A DNA stretch of 37,425 bases from the IMG/VR virus record IMGVR_UViG_3300045988_057782, positions 1 to 37,425 of that record; one strand, given 5' to 3'. Under the pieces are notes generated by a model that did no database searches, was not told the DNA's origin, and was given only the letters and a program-made list of their open reading frames with translations. Shown piece by piece: positions 17,127-25,696 of the stretch. The position numbers and the translations under genes were made by a program. Numbering within the stretch: the stretch's first letter is position 1; every line of letters starts with the position of its first letter. This DNA is from a virus.

Positions 17127-17557
17127 ACAGCGTAAATTTAATTGGAAGATTAGTAAGGGATCCCGAGCTTAAATATAGCCAGTCAGGAATGGCTATTTTA
17201 AAGTTTACCGTTGCAGTCGACAGAAAGCTAAGTAAAGACAAAAGAGAAGAAGCTGAAAGAAATAACCAGCCAACAGCTGACTTTATCTCCTGCACAGCCT
17301 TTGGAAAGACTGCCGAAGTAATTGCAAACTATCACGGCAAGGGAAGTCAAATTGGAGTGGAAGGTAGAATCCAAACGGGATCCTATGAAAAAGACGGAAG
17401 AAGAATTTATACGACTGATGTCATGGTAAATAACATAACTTTTGTAGGATCTAAAAATAATTCTGGTGGTGGAAATTACCAAAATAGTAATAACAAGCAA
17501 GATGATTATAGCGATGAGGGATTTTTCCCAGTAGATAATGACGATATTCCATTTTAA
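17123..17557 (+). CDS. ssb: Single-stranded DNA-binding protein
   Basis: NLIGRLVRDPELKYSQSGMAILKFTVAV OB-fold start, a Gly/Asn-rich linker and a C-terminal acidic DDIPF tail. Confidence 0.9.
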   Translation: MNSVNLIGRLVRDPELKYSQSGMAILKFTVAVDRKLSKDKREEAERNNQPTADFISCTAFGKTAEVIANYHGKGSQIGVEGRIQTGSYEKDGRRIYTTDVMVNNITFVGSKNNSGGGNYQNSNNKQDDYSDEGFFPVDNDDIPF

Positions 17558-17560
17558 GGA

Positions 17561-18172
17561 GTGGCCATGGAAGAATTAATTGTAATTTATGACAAGGATA
17601 TAAGGGACAGGGGACGAGATTCTTACATTAGAGCTATTAAAAAACAAATACCTGGTGTAAGGGTGGCTGATGTTGCAAACCTGCCAGAGGTTAGAAGAAA
17701 TAAGTTATTAATCTTAAAGCCTATGAATGATGGAGACTATGAAACCTTAAAGACCTTTTTGAAATGCAATCCAGGCCGAGATATAGAGGGAATAGGAAGT
17801 GGAAAATTGACAATTACCGCTGAAGCAATCCTAGAAACAATTTGGAGTGAAAGGGGCAACGACTTAAGAGGTAAGACAGTGGTTATTATCAATCAATCAG
17901 ATGTACTGGGTCGACCTTTGGCCAAGGAGCTAATAGATCTCGGGGCCAATGTTATTAGCCTTAATTCATCATACCCTTGCATAGACAACTTACTTACTAT
18001 GACGGATATTGACGTCTTAGTTTCTGCAAGTGGCCAAGGAGATTTTGAAATGGATAGAGAGTTAACCAGAATGATTGATGTAAAGATTGACCTATCCAAT
18101 GATTTAGAAGATCCAATAAAAATTACAAGTGTGCCTACTATAGAAGTGCTAAAGGATAGGTTGAAGTCATGA
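17561..18172 (+). CDS. Compact FolD-like protein (methylene-tetrahydrofolate dehydrogenase/cyclohydrolase-like NAD(P)-binding fold)
   Basis: Aligns by eye to the FolD C-terminal domain (GKTVVIINQSDVLGRPLAKELIDLGANV vs G.NAVVIGASNIVGRPM..LL). Also has a Y-x4/5-K segment and a PGRDIEG..GKL motif. 203 aa against about 285 for FolD. Confidence 0.5.
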   Translation: MAMEELIVIYDKDIRDRGRDSYIRAIKKQIPGVRVADVANLPEVRRNKLLILKPMNDGDYETLKTFLKCNPGRDIEGIGSGKLTITAEAILETIWSERGNDLRGKTVVIINQSDVLGRPLAKELIDLGANVISLNSSYPCIDNLLTMTDIDVLVSASGQGDFEMDRELTRMIDVKIDLSNDLEDPIKITSVPTIEVLKDRLKS

Positions 18173-18255
18173 GCGAGGTATTAAAGACATTATTTATTAT
18201 TGGTGGATATTACTTTTTATATAAGTTTTTAGAAAAGAAATTATGAGGTGGAAGA

Positions 18256-18828
18256 ATGAAAGTTAAAGATTTAATAATGAAATTAATTTATTGTGATCCA
18301 GAAGCAGAGGTGGAAGGTCGAACTTATAAAAGCGATAGCAGACACGCTGAAGTATATGCATTAAGTATCGAGGATGTAGAAAACTATGAGAAAAACGTTG
18401 ATTTAGTTCTTGGTAGCTTAGATTATATTAAATTTAATGAAAATTTGACTTTCGAGGATCTGACAAGAAATGTCCTTGACTGGGCAAAAGATAAAGACTT
18501 ACTTCACGAAGAAAATGCAGAAAAACAGTTTTTAAAATTTATGGAAGAGGTCTTTGAGTTTCGAGATGAATGGCTTTTATACGTGCATGAGTACAATAAA
18601 ATCGATTATGGAGAAGCTGACAACGACCCAGAAGTCATTGAACTTAGGCATAACATGAAGTTAGAAATGGGAGATATATTTGTGACACTTCTCATACTAT
18701 GCGACCAATTAAATTTAGATCCCGTGGAGTGCTTATACAAAGCTTATGAAAAAATCAAAGATAGAACAGGTAAAACTATTAACGGAGTTTTCATAAAACA
18801 AGAAGATTTAAAAGGAGATTTAAAATGA
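18256..18828 (+). CDS. MazG-like nucleotide pyrophosphohydrolase domain protein
   Basis: C-terminal EEVFEF...LEMGDIFVTLLILCDQLNLDP matches the MazG EExxE...D motif. Confidence 0.6.
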   Translation: MKVKDLIMKLIYCDPEAEVEGRTYKSDSRHAEVYALSIEDVENYEKNVDLVLGSLDYIKFNENLTFEDLTRNVLDWAKDKDLLHEENAEKQFLKFMEEVFEFRDEWLLYVHEYNKIDYGEADNDPEVIELRHNMKLEMGDIFVTLLILCDQLNLDPVECLYKAYEKIKDRTGKTINGVFIKQEDLKGDLK

Positions 18829-19643
18829 CAAATATACAAAAACAAGAAAATAGGGCATTAAGTCCAGTAAACCAAATGAAGAATTTGCTTAAAAATCAAG
18901 GTATGCAAAACTTATTTGCTGATGCTTTAAAGGAAAATAAAGACAGGTTTTTAGCATCAATTATTGACCTATACAATGGCGATAGCTCTTTGCAAGATTG
19001 TAATCCTAAAGAGGTTGTTATGGAAGCCTTAAAGGCAGCTACACTTAACTTACCTATTAATAAAAATCTTGGATACGCATATATAGTGCCATACAACAGT
19101 AAAGGAACAACGAGGCCTCAATTCCAAATCGGCTATAAGGGATATATCCAAATGGCACAAAGAAGTGGTCAATACAAGGCTTTAAATGCAGGTATCATGT
19201 ACGAGGGCATGGAAGTTAAAAGAGACTTTTTGAGAGGAACCTTTGAAATAATCGGAGAACCTAAGTCTGATAAGGTTATCGGCTACTTTGCTTACTTCCA
19301 ACTTTTAAATGGTTATGAAAAGGCAATTTATATGACAAAGGATGAAGTTATAGAACACGCTGAAAGATATTCTCAATCTTACGGAGGCAAATATAGTCCA
19401 TGGAAACATCAATTCGACGAAATGGCGCAAAAAACTGTAATTAAAAGACTATTGAGCAAGTATGGAGTTTTGACAACAGAGTTCCAAGATGCGGTTAAGG
19501 AAGAGGAAGACAGAGAAGTTTTAAGAGCAACAGAAAACAACGCTATGCTTGAAATGGCAGCTCCAGACGAGGAAGAAGAAACTATTGAAGTAAATCCAGA
19601 TACTGGAGAAATCATTGAAGATGATGTAAAGGCACCGTTTTAA
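18825..19643 (+). CDS. recT: RecT-family single-strand annealing recombinase
   Basis: Typical RecT core (GYAYIVPY..., QIGYKGYIQMAQRSGQY). Acidic C-terminus. Confidence 0.85.
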   Translation: MTNIQKQENRALSPVNQMKNLLKNQGMQNLFADALKENKDRFLASIIDLYNGDSSLQDCNPKEVVMEALKAATLNLPINKNLGYAYIVPYNSKGTTRPQFQIGYKGYIQMAQRSGQYKALNAGIMYEGMEVKRDFLRGTFEIIGEPKSDKVIGYFAYFQLLNGYEKAIYMTKDEVIEHAERYSQSYGGKYSPWKHQFDEMAQKTVIKRLLSKYGVLTTEFQDAVKEEEDREVLRATENNAMLEMAAPDEEEETIEVNPDTGEIIEDDVKAPF

Positions 19644-19656
19644 GGAGGAATAGAGA

Positions 19657-19863
19657 ATGATAGTAAGTGGAGCATTAGGAATTTTATCCAATCCAGATAT
19701 GGTTTATTGTGAAGAAACATCCGATGGAAAATATAAAATAGTTGCTGAAAATGAAAATTATACAGTCATACTATATGAAAATGTATCTAAGACAAGCGTA
19801 GAAAATATTATGAAAAGGATAACTTTTCAAATTGAATGTCAGGTATTTAAAGATGAAGATTGA
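19657..19863 (+). CDS. Hypothetical protein
   Basis: RBS AAGGAGGAA. Overlaps the next gene. Confidence 0.4.
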   Translation: MIVSGALGILSNPDMVYCEETSDGKYKIVAENENYTVILYENVSKTSVENIMKRITFQIECQVFKDED

Positions 19864-20560
19864 AGTCATAGCCAGTGGTAGTGCTGGCAACTGCTACAAG
19901 ATAAGTAATGAGGATACTACACTCTTGATTGAGTGTGGTATCCCTTATAAAAAAATTCAGGAAGCACTTAATTTTAAGACTACGGATATTGACGGAGTTT
20001 TGGTAAGTCATGAACATGGAGACCACTCAAAAGCTTGTAAGGATCTAGTTAAGGCTGGAGTTAATCTATATATGACAAGGGGAACTAAAGAAGCTTTGAA
20101 GTTAGATAGTCATAGAGTTAAGAACTTTGAAGAAAGTAACGATAAAACTTACAGGTGGTTTGAAATAAGATCTTTAAAAATAAAACCTTTTAAGTCAATC
20201 CATGATGCAAAAGAGCCCGCTAATTTTTATATTTTAAATAAAAAAACTGACGAAAGATTACTTTTCATAACGGACACTATGTATGTTGAGGGTCGTTTTA
20301 ACACTATTGATTATCTGATGATAGAGGTTAACTATGTCAGAGAAACCATAAATCAAAACGAAAATATACACCCAGAATTAAGGACGAGAATAAAATGGAA
20401 CCATATGTCCCTAGAAACTGCTATTGATTTTCTAAAGAAGTGTAACCTATCAAGGCTTAAAAAGATATATGTTTTGCATTTATCAGATGCTAATTCTGAT
20501 GCGAAACTTATTAAAGAGAGACTGCAAGAACTTACAGGTGTAGCTATAGAAATTTGCTAG
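19853..20560 (+). CDS. MBL-fold metallo-hydrolase (phage recombination-associated nuclease partner)
   Basis: HEHGDH metal-binding motif and a GSAGNC start. ATG at 19853 is preferred over the TTG at 19832. Confidence 0.75.
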   Translation: MKIEVIASGSAGNCYKISNEDTTLLIECGIPYKKIQEALNFKTTDIDGVLVSHEHGDHSKACKDLVKAGVNLYMTRGTKEALKLDSHRVKNFEESNDKTYRWFEIRSLKIKPFKSIHDAKEPANFYILNKKTDERLLFITDTMYVEGRFNTIDYLMIEVNYVRETINQNENIHPELRTRIKWNHMSLETAIDFLKKCNLSRLKKIYVLHLSDANSDAKLIKERLQELTGVAIEIC

Positions 20561-21358
20561 GTGGTGATAAGTATGGCAAGCCAAGGCTGGATAAGTGTCC
20601 ATAGAAAAATTGAAGATGATTGGCTTTGGAAAGACAAGCCTTTTTCTAGGGGACAAGCCTGGGTAGACTTGTTGCTTATGGCCAATCATGAAGATAACAA
20701 AATATTATTTAACGGAGAGCTAATAGAAGTTAAAAGAGGTCAACGTATAACCTCTATAAAAAAGCTGTGCGACAGGTGGGGTTGGTCTAATAAAAAAGTT
20801 AAAAGGTTTCTTCAGTTGCTCCAAGAAGATGACAAGATAGGGCTAGAAATTGCACCACGAAAAGCGACTACTATAACCATTGTAAATTACAGCTTATATC
20901 AAGATGAGGCACCAGCAAAAGCACCACGAAAGCATCACGGAAGCACCACGGAAGCATCACAGAGGCACATAAACAATAATGATAATAATGATAATAATGA
21001 TAATAATGATGATGATATAAAAAAACGACTTAATAAAATTAATAACCTGGTGGATAAAAAAGTATCATCATCACAGATCAAAAAGTTTTTGAAGTTTAAT
21101 AGTCTTGATGACCTTGATAAGCTGATAGGAAAAATTAAAGAGAGCGACTATTTAAAGAAAAACATTGATTTTAACAAGTTGGGCAAGAAGTTTTTAAAGA
21201 AAGTATTTGATGATGAATATAGAACTTATGAAGAAGTAAATAAGAATACCTTTAAGAATTTTGAACAAATAACAGACGATTATACAAGTGATGAGCTAGA
21301 AGATATGGCAATGAGAAAACAAAAGGAAGGTTTTAAAAGATTGGGGGTTGAGATATGA
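20561..21358 (+). CDS. Phage replication initiator / replisome organiser (N-terminal DNA-binding domain, low-complexity linker, C-terminal domain)
   Basis: WISVHRKIEDDWLW...AWVDLLLMANH N-terminal signature. NNDNND linker encoded by a tandem repeat. Confidence 0.65.
   Translation: MVISMASQGWISVHRKIEDDWLWKDKPFSRGQAWVDLLLMANHEDNKILFNGELIEVKRGQRITSIKKLCDRWGWSNKKVKRFLQLLQEDDKIGLEIAPRKATTITIVNYSLYQDEAPAKAPRKHHGSTTEASQRHINNNDNNDNNDNNDDDIKKRLNKINNLVDKKVSSSQIKKFLKFNSLDDLDKLIGKIKESDYLKKNIDFNKLGKKFLKKVFDDEYRTYEEVNKNTFKNFEQITDDYTSDELEDMAMRKQKEGFKRLGVEI
20852..21016. repeat. Iteron-like direct repeats (GCACCACGAAAGC variants, 4-5 copies; 22-bp unit twice in tandem at 20921-20964) followed by a 9-bp AATAATGAT x4 A/T-rich tandem repeat; candidate origin of replication inside the initiator gene
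   Basis: Repeats read directly from the sequence. The arrangement resembles lambda-type ori embedded in the O gene. Confidence 0.45.
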
Positions 21359-21708
21359 GTAAGAATTTGTTTGGAGAGGAGCAATCTGAAAAGGAAGTAC
21401 AAGACTTAATTAGGTCTGCTCTTGCTCCTTATGCATCGATTTATAATACTACGACTGGAGTTTTTAAAATTGGATATGGGAAAAAGGCTAGATGGGTTCG
21501 TACATTCCCGAATGGAACTCCAGATCTTATTGGATTTAGAAAGAAAGACGGGAAGTTTGTTTCTATAGAGGTTAAAAATGCTAAGGGACAATTAAGCGAA
21601 GACCAAAAAGAATATTTTAGAATTTACAGAAAGTTTCCAATTTTAACTGGTGTCGCAAGGTCTGTTGAGGATGCTTTTAATATTTTAGAGATACCTCTTT
21701 GGGGTTAG
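21355..21708 (+). CDS. VRR-NUC domain nuclease (PD-(D/E)xK)
   Basis: GTPDLIGF...IEVK catalytic-core pattern. 117 aa. Confidence 0.7.
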   Translation: MSKNLFGEEQSEKEVQDLIRSALAPYASIYNTTTGVFKIGYGKKARWVRTFPNGTPDLIGFRKKDGKFVSIEVKNAKGQLSEDQKEYFRIYRKFPILTGVARSVEDAFNILEIPLWG

Positions 21709-21718
21709 GAGTTGGAAG

Positions 21719-22141
21719 ATGAGACCAAAAGACTACTTATCGCAGGTTAGACACTTGGAAAATGAAATCGACAGCAAGTTAAAGTTAAAGGAAGATTTGA
21801 GGGCACGTGCTTTAAGTATTGGAAGCTTGGACACTAAGGAGAGGGTACAAAGCTCTGGTGGTCTCAATTTTTCAGACTGGGTTGATAAGATTACTGATGT
21901 GGAAAGAGAGATAGATCAAAAGATAAACGAGTTGATAGATTTAAAGAAGAAAATAAATTCACAGATTGATAAGGTTGAAAATCCAGTTCACAGGATAGTG
22001 CTGGTCAATCATTATCTTAGAGACATGAGCTTAAGAGAGATAGCTGCTAATTACACTTATAATTATGGCTACATCAAGAATATACATGGCCATGCTCTAC
22101 TGGAGTTTAAGGCCAAGAATCCAGAGGTGTTTTATGATTGA
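21719..22141 (+). CDS. Putative late-gene transcriptional activator (sigma-70 region-4-like; RinA/ArpU/DUF1492 type)
   Basis: C-terminal HTH (MSLREIAANYTYNYGYIKNI). Sits immediately before the packaging module. Confidence 0.5.
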   Translation: MRPKDYLSQVRHLENEIDSKLKLKEDLRARALSIGSLDTKERVQSSGGLNFSDWVDKITDVEREIDQKINELIDLKKKINSQIDKVENPVHRIVLVNHYLRDMSLREIAANYTYNYGYIKNIHGHALLEFKAKNPEVFYD

Positions 22142-22319
22142 ACATCCTGAACTATTAGTGTCTGCAATTATTAAGAGGGCAGTCTATGACTATAAAAACT
22201 ATCCTAAGATGAGGGCAGAGATAAGGAGATTTATTAAGTCAGAATACTTTGTATCGATTACGGATTTAGATTCCGATGCTCTTTTAGAGGAGTTGGAAAG
22301 ACAGTGTAAAAAGATGTGA
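22134..22319 (+). CDS. Hypothetical 61-aa protein
   Basis: ATG overlapping the previous stop (ATGATTGA). The track's longer version starts inside the previous gene. Confidence 0.4.
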   Translation: MIEHPELLVSAIIKRAVYDYKNYPKMRAEIRRFIKSEYFVSITDLDSDALLEELERQCKKM

Positions 22320-22525
22320 CCTTTTTGACCGTCAAGCTGTGGTAACGTATAAAGTGGAGATAGAAAGATAAGTAATCACCTCCTTATTGTTTATAATTGT
22401 GCGAGAAAAAGATTACCATTACTATATTTCATTCTTATCTTTCTAAGGTTAACATATACTATGTTATGTGTTGGGTAACTACATACACTAAGATTAGGCT
22501 AGGGGCGGGAAGCTGGTATGTATAA

Positions 22526-23002
22526 ATGTTAAAAAAGTTATGTAAGTGTGGGAAGGCAATTCCCATCACGGATAAGATGTGTAAGGATTGCATGAGTAAG
22601 TATCATAAGTCTTATGACAAGTATAATCGTGATAACCACAGCGTGTACACTGATAAGCGTTGGAGTGTTGTCAAGGATGTGTGTAAGTCCAAGGCTAATG
22701 GTATTGACTTATGGATCTATTACAAGACAGGTAAGATTGTTGAGGGCAGGTTGGCACACCACATCATTGAGGTAGCTGATGATTTGTCTAGGGCTTATGA
22801 TGTTATTAATCTTTTTTGGCTGACAGATAAGAGTCATCAAGAGATACACGCACTATATAACAGAGATGAGGACACAAAAAAGAAAACTCAACAATTATTA
22901 TTCGAAATAAATAAAAATGGCACGGGGGCGGGTCAGAAAGTTTTAGGCGAGGTCTCAAAGACCAGCGCCCGACTCTTCTCGCGAGAAAATGCCAGAAACT
23001 AA
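22526..23002 (+). CDS. HNH endonuclease (packaging-associated)
   Basis: Cys-rich N-terminus and an HNH motif AHHIIEV...N..WLTDKSHQEIH. Adjacent to the terminase genes. Confidence 0.75.
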   Translation: MLKKLCKCGKAIPITDKMCKDCMSKYHKSYDKYNRDNHSVYTDKRWSVVKDVCKSKANGIDLWIYYKTGKIVEGRLAHHIIEVADDLSRAYDVINLFWLTDKSHQEIHALYNRDEDTKKKTQQLLFEINKNGTGAGQKVLGEVSKTSARLFSRENARN

Positions 23003-23028
23003 AAATTTTAGGAAGTATATTTTGATGG

Positions 23029-23055
23029 AAGCACCTTTTGAAGGGTGCTTTTTTA
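23029..23055 (+). terminator. Rho-independent terminator (AAGCACC-loop-GGTGCTT plus T-run)
   Basis: 7-bp perfect stem followed by TTTTTT. Confidence 0.5.
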
Positions 23056-23068
23056 GTGAGGTGAAACT

Positions 23069-23260
23069 ATGGATTTATTAACTCTTCTATTTGTAGCTTT
23101 GAAACTAATGGGTCATATCGAATGGTCCTGGATTTGGGTTTTAAGTCCTACAATTATTGAATTGAGTATTATTTTGATTGCTCACTTAGTAACCTATTTA
23201 ATAATTAGGCATAAAGACAAGGAATGGAACCTACTAAGCAAATCAAAAGATAAACAATAA
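23069..23260 (+). CDS. Small two-TM membrane protein
   Basis: RBS GAGGTG. Two hydrophobic helices with a basic C-terminus. Bounded by terminator-like hairpins. Confidence 0.5.
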   Translation: MDLLTLLFVALKLMGHIEWSWIWVLSPTIIELSIILIAHLVTYLIIRHKDKEWNLLSKSKDKQ

Positions 23261-23421
23261 AACTGCTTATCTTTTTTATTTTAAACGAGAGTAATCGAAA
23301 ACAAATCGAATTAAAACAAAAACAGAATGGCTATATTTCAAGGGTTAAGGCTTAAGTAATCGTGAGTTAATCGTATGAAATAACCATAAATAAACCAAAA
23401 TTAAAACGAGATAAGTGGGAA

Positions 23422-23458
23422 ATACCGGACTAAGAATTTTTATAGTTCGGTATTTTTG
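23422..23458 (+). terminator. Hairpin ATACCGGACT-N12-AGTTCGGTAT plus T5, a terminator or part of the cos region
   Basis: 9/10 complementary arms followed by TTTTT. Lies in an intergenic region with repeated TAATCG motifs. Confidence 0.4.
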
Positions 23459-23493
23459 AAATAATCGGACTAAGTGTGAAAGGTGGTGAGATT

Positions 23494-23961
23494 ATGGCGA
23501 GACCAAGAAAGACGACTGCAACATCGACTGGAAAAATCGGAAAAGAAAAAATAAAAGAAAGACAGGAACAGGAAAACAAAATCAAACTGGATAATAAAAA
23601 TCTTAAAGCACCTGCCTATCTTTCAGAAACTGCAAAATTGGAATTTACACGAGTGGTAGAAGAAGCAAGTAAAATTGATACACTTGATAACCTTGACTTG
23701 TCTATACTTGCCATATACTGCAACGCTTACTCACAGTATCTGGAAATTACAGCAGAAATCCAAAAAGCTGAGGAGTCATACAGGTATGTCACCGAAGATA
23801 ATAAAATATCTCCTCTGGTAAATGCCCAGGATAAAATAATTAAGCAAATAATGACTTGCTCCAGTAAGTTAGGGCTTGCGACAACTGATAGACTTAAATT
23901 AATTGTCCCTACCAAAGAAGAAAGCGAGACTAACAAGTACCTCAGGTATTTAGATGGATAG
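23494..23961 (+). CDS. Terminase small subunit, P27 family
   Basis: MARPRK N-terminus and the conserved LAIYCNAYSQY...KLGLATTDRLKL core. AGGTGG RBS 7 nt upstream of ATG 23494. Confidence 0.75.
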   Translation: MARPRKTTATSTGKIGKEKIKERQEQENKIKLDNKNLKAPAYLSETAKLEFTRVVEEASKIDTLDNLDLSILAIYCNAYSQYLEITAEIQKAEESYRYVTEDNKISPLVNAQDKIIKQIMTCSSKLGLATTDRLKLIVPTKEESETNKYLRYLDG

Positions 23962-25696
23962 AGTTACAGAATATGCCAAGCTAGTAGTCAGCGGCAAAGT
24001 CTTAAAGGGACAAGCTGAGATTGACTGCTGTAAAAGGCACTTAAGGGACCTAGAGAGAAAAGACTTTGACTATATTTGGGATGTCGAACTATCTGAAAGA
24101 GCAATAAACATAGCCAATGAACTCACTATCCTAGAGGGTATGGAACCTACCAAGCTAAAGACCAGGGGCTTTCAAAATTTTATAATTGGATCCCTACATG
24201 GTTGGAGAAAGAAGAGAAGTAAAAAGCTAAGATTTAGAGAAGCCTACGTGCAAATGGCCAGACAAAATGGTAAATCTTTTTTGTCAGGAACTGAAATCAA
24301 TAATCGTGCAACATTCTCTGGCTACCAAAAGGGTAAAATCTACTGTGCAGCCACTAAGCAAGACCAAGCTAATATCGTTTGGGATGAGGTTGAGAAATTT
24401 ATCATCGCAGACGAGGAACTTGCTGAGCTATATAGAATTAGAAGGCACGAAAGAACAATAACATCAAAGATAACAGGGACTGAGATAAAGTCAGTTGGTA
24501 GAGATACCAAGTCTGCGGATGGATTTAGGTCAATCCTGGCTATAATCGATGAGTACCACGCTCATCCTAACAATCAAATGTATAAGCTTATGCTTGACGG
24601 GCAAATAAGCGTGGGAAGTCCACTAACCTTAGCTATAACAACGGCAGGTTTTAATATCAATAGTCCTTGCTATGAACAATACGAGCTTGCGAAGAAAGTC
24701 CTATCTGGGGTAGTAGAAAAGGAATCCCTATTTATCTACATTGCAGAGATGGACGAAGATGACGACATTTGGGACTATAAGAACTGGGCAAAGGCCAATC
24801 CACTCCTATTATGGAATGAGGACAACTCCTATAACATGGAAAAGGTCAAGGATATGTCCGAAAAGGCCATAGATGCCAAGGAAAAGGGCGGTCAAGAGTT
24901 AATAAACTTTTTGACCAAGTCCTTAAATGTTTGGGTCAAGTATTCTGGTGCAGGTTATGTAGATTTAGACAAGTTTAAGGAGTGTGAATCTGACTTAACC
25001 CTAGAAGATTTTAAGGGTCAAGAGTGCATACTGGGAATTGACTTGTCCTCTGGTGGAGACTTAACCTCAATAGCCTTAGTCTTTAAATTTGGGGACTATT
25101 ATTATGTTTACTCTCATTCTTTTATGCCGATTTTAAGGCTAGAGGAACACGAGAAAACAGACGAAGCACCTTATAGGATGTGGGCAAGACAGGGTTATTT
25201 GACCTTAACTGAGGGTGTTTTTGGACTAAAAACAGACTACAAGTACATCATTAGTCACTTAAAAAAGCTAATTGAGGACTATAACTTAGTAATAACAGCT
25301 TGTGGTTATGATGGCCATAATGCTAATGCCTTTTTGGCTGACTTAGACTTTTTAAACTGCGACTTAGTGGAGATAGTCCAATCTGCCAAGTCCTTAAATG
25401 ATGCCACTGTGGACCTACAATTATCAATCCAAGCTCTACAAGTTAAGTATGACAAAAACAATGCACTTTTGAAATGGTCCTTTGCAAATGCAAAAACAAC
25501 GCAAAACTCCTTCGGGGAAATTAAAGTCATGAAAGAGACTAACACAGCAAGGATTGACGTTGTCTATGCTGTCATAGATGCTTGGAAGTTAGCAATGGCA
25601 ATAGATAATACTGAGAGATACAACGCAGAAACTGATATAGAAGAATGGCTTGAAATTATGAAAGAGAAAGGCGGTGAAGAAGATGGGAATAATTAA
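23954..25696 (+). CDS. Terminase large subunit
   Basis: 580 aa with an ATPase N-domain and a nuclease C-domain. Follows the small terminase. Confidence 0.9.
   Translation: MDRVTEYAKLVVSGKVLKGQAEIDCCKRHLRDLERKDFDYIWDVELSERAINIANELTILEGMEPTKLKTRGFQNFIIGSLHGWRKKRSKKLRFREAYVQMARQNGKSFLSGTEINNRATFSGYQKGKIYCAATKQDQANIVWDEVEKFIIADEELAELYRIRRHERTITSKITGTEIKSVGRDTKSADGFRSILAIIDEYHAHPNNQMYKLMLDGQISVGSPLTLAITTAGFNINSPCYEQYELAKKVLSGVVEKESLFIYIAEMDEDDDIWDYKNWAKANPLLLWNEDNSYNMEKVKDMSEKAIDAKEKGGQELINFLTKSLNVWVKYSGAGYVDLDKFKECESDLTLEDFKGQECILGIDLSSGGDLTSIALVFKFGDYYYVYSHSFMPILRLEEHEKTDEAPYRMWARQGYLTLTEGVFGLKTDYKYIISHLKKLIEDYNLVITACGYDGHNANAFLADLDFLNCDLVEIVQSAKSLNDATVDLQLSIQALQVKYDKNNALLKWSFANAKTTQNSFGEIKVMKETNTARIDVVYAVIDAWKLAMAIDNTERYNAETDIEEWLEIMKEKGGEEDGNN

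Noticed and set aside
22372-22384. Sequence GTAATCACCTCCT, which resembles the 16S rRNA 3' end; its minus-strand complement is AGGAGGTGATTAC
   Set aside because: No start codon at a workable distance on the minus strand and no rRNA context. Judged to be a coincidence within the inverted-repeat region.
24267-24461. 64-aa plus-strand ORF nested in the large terminase gene in another frame
   Set aside because: Nested alternative frame with no signals.
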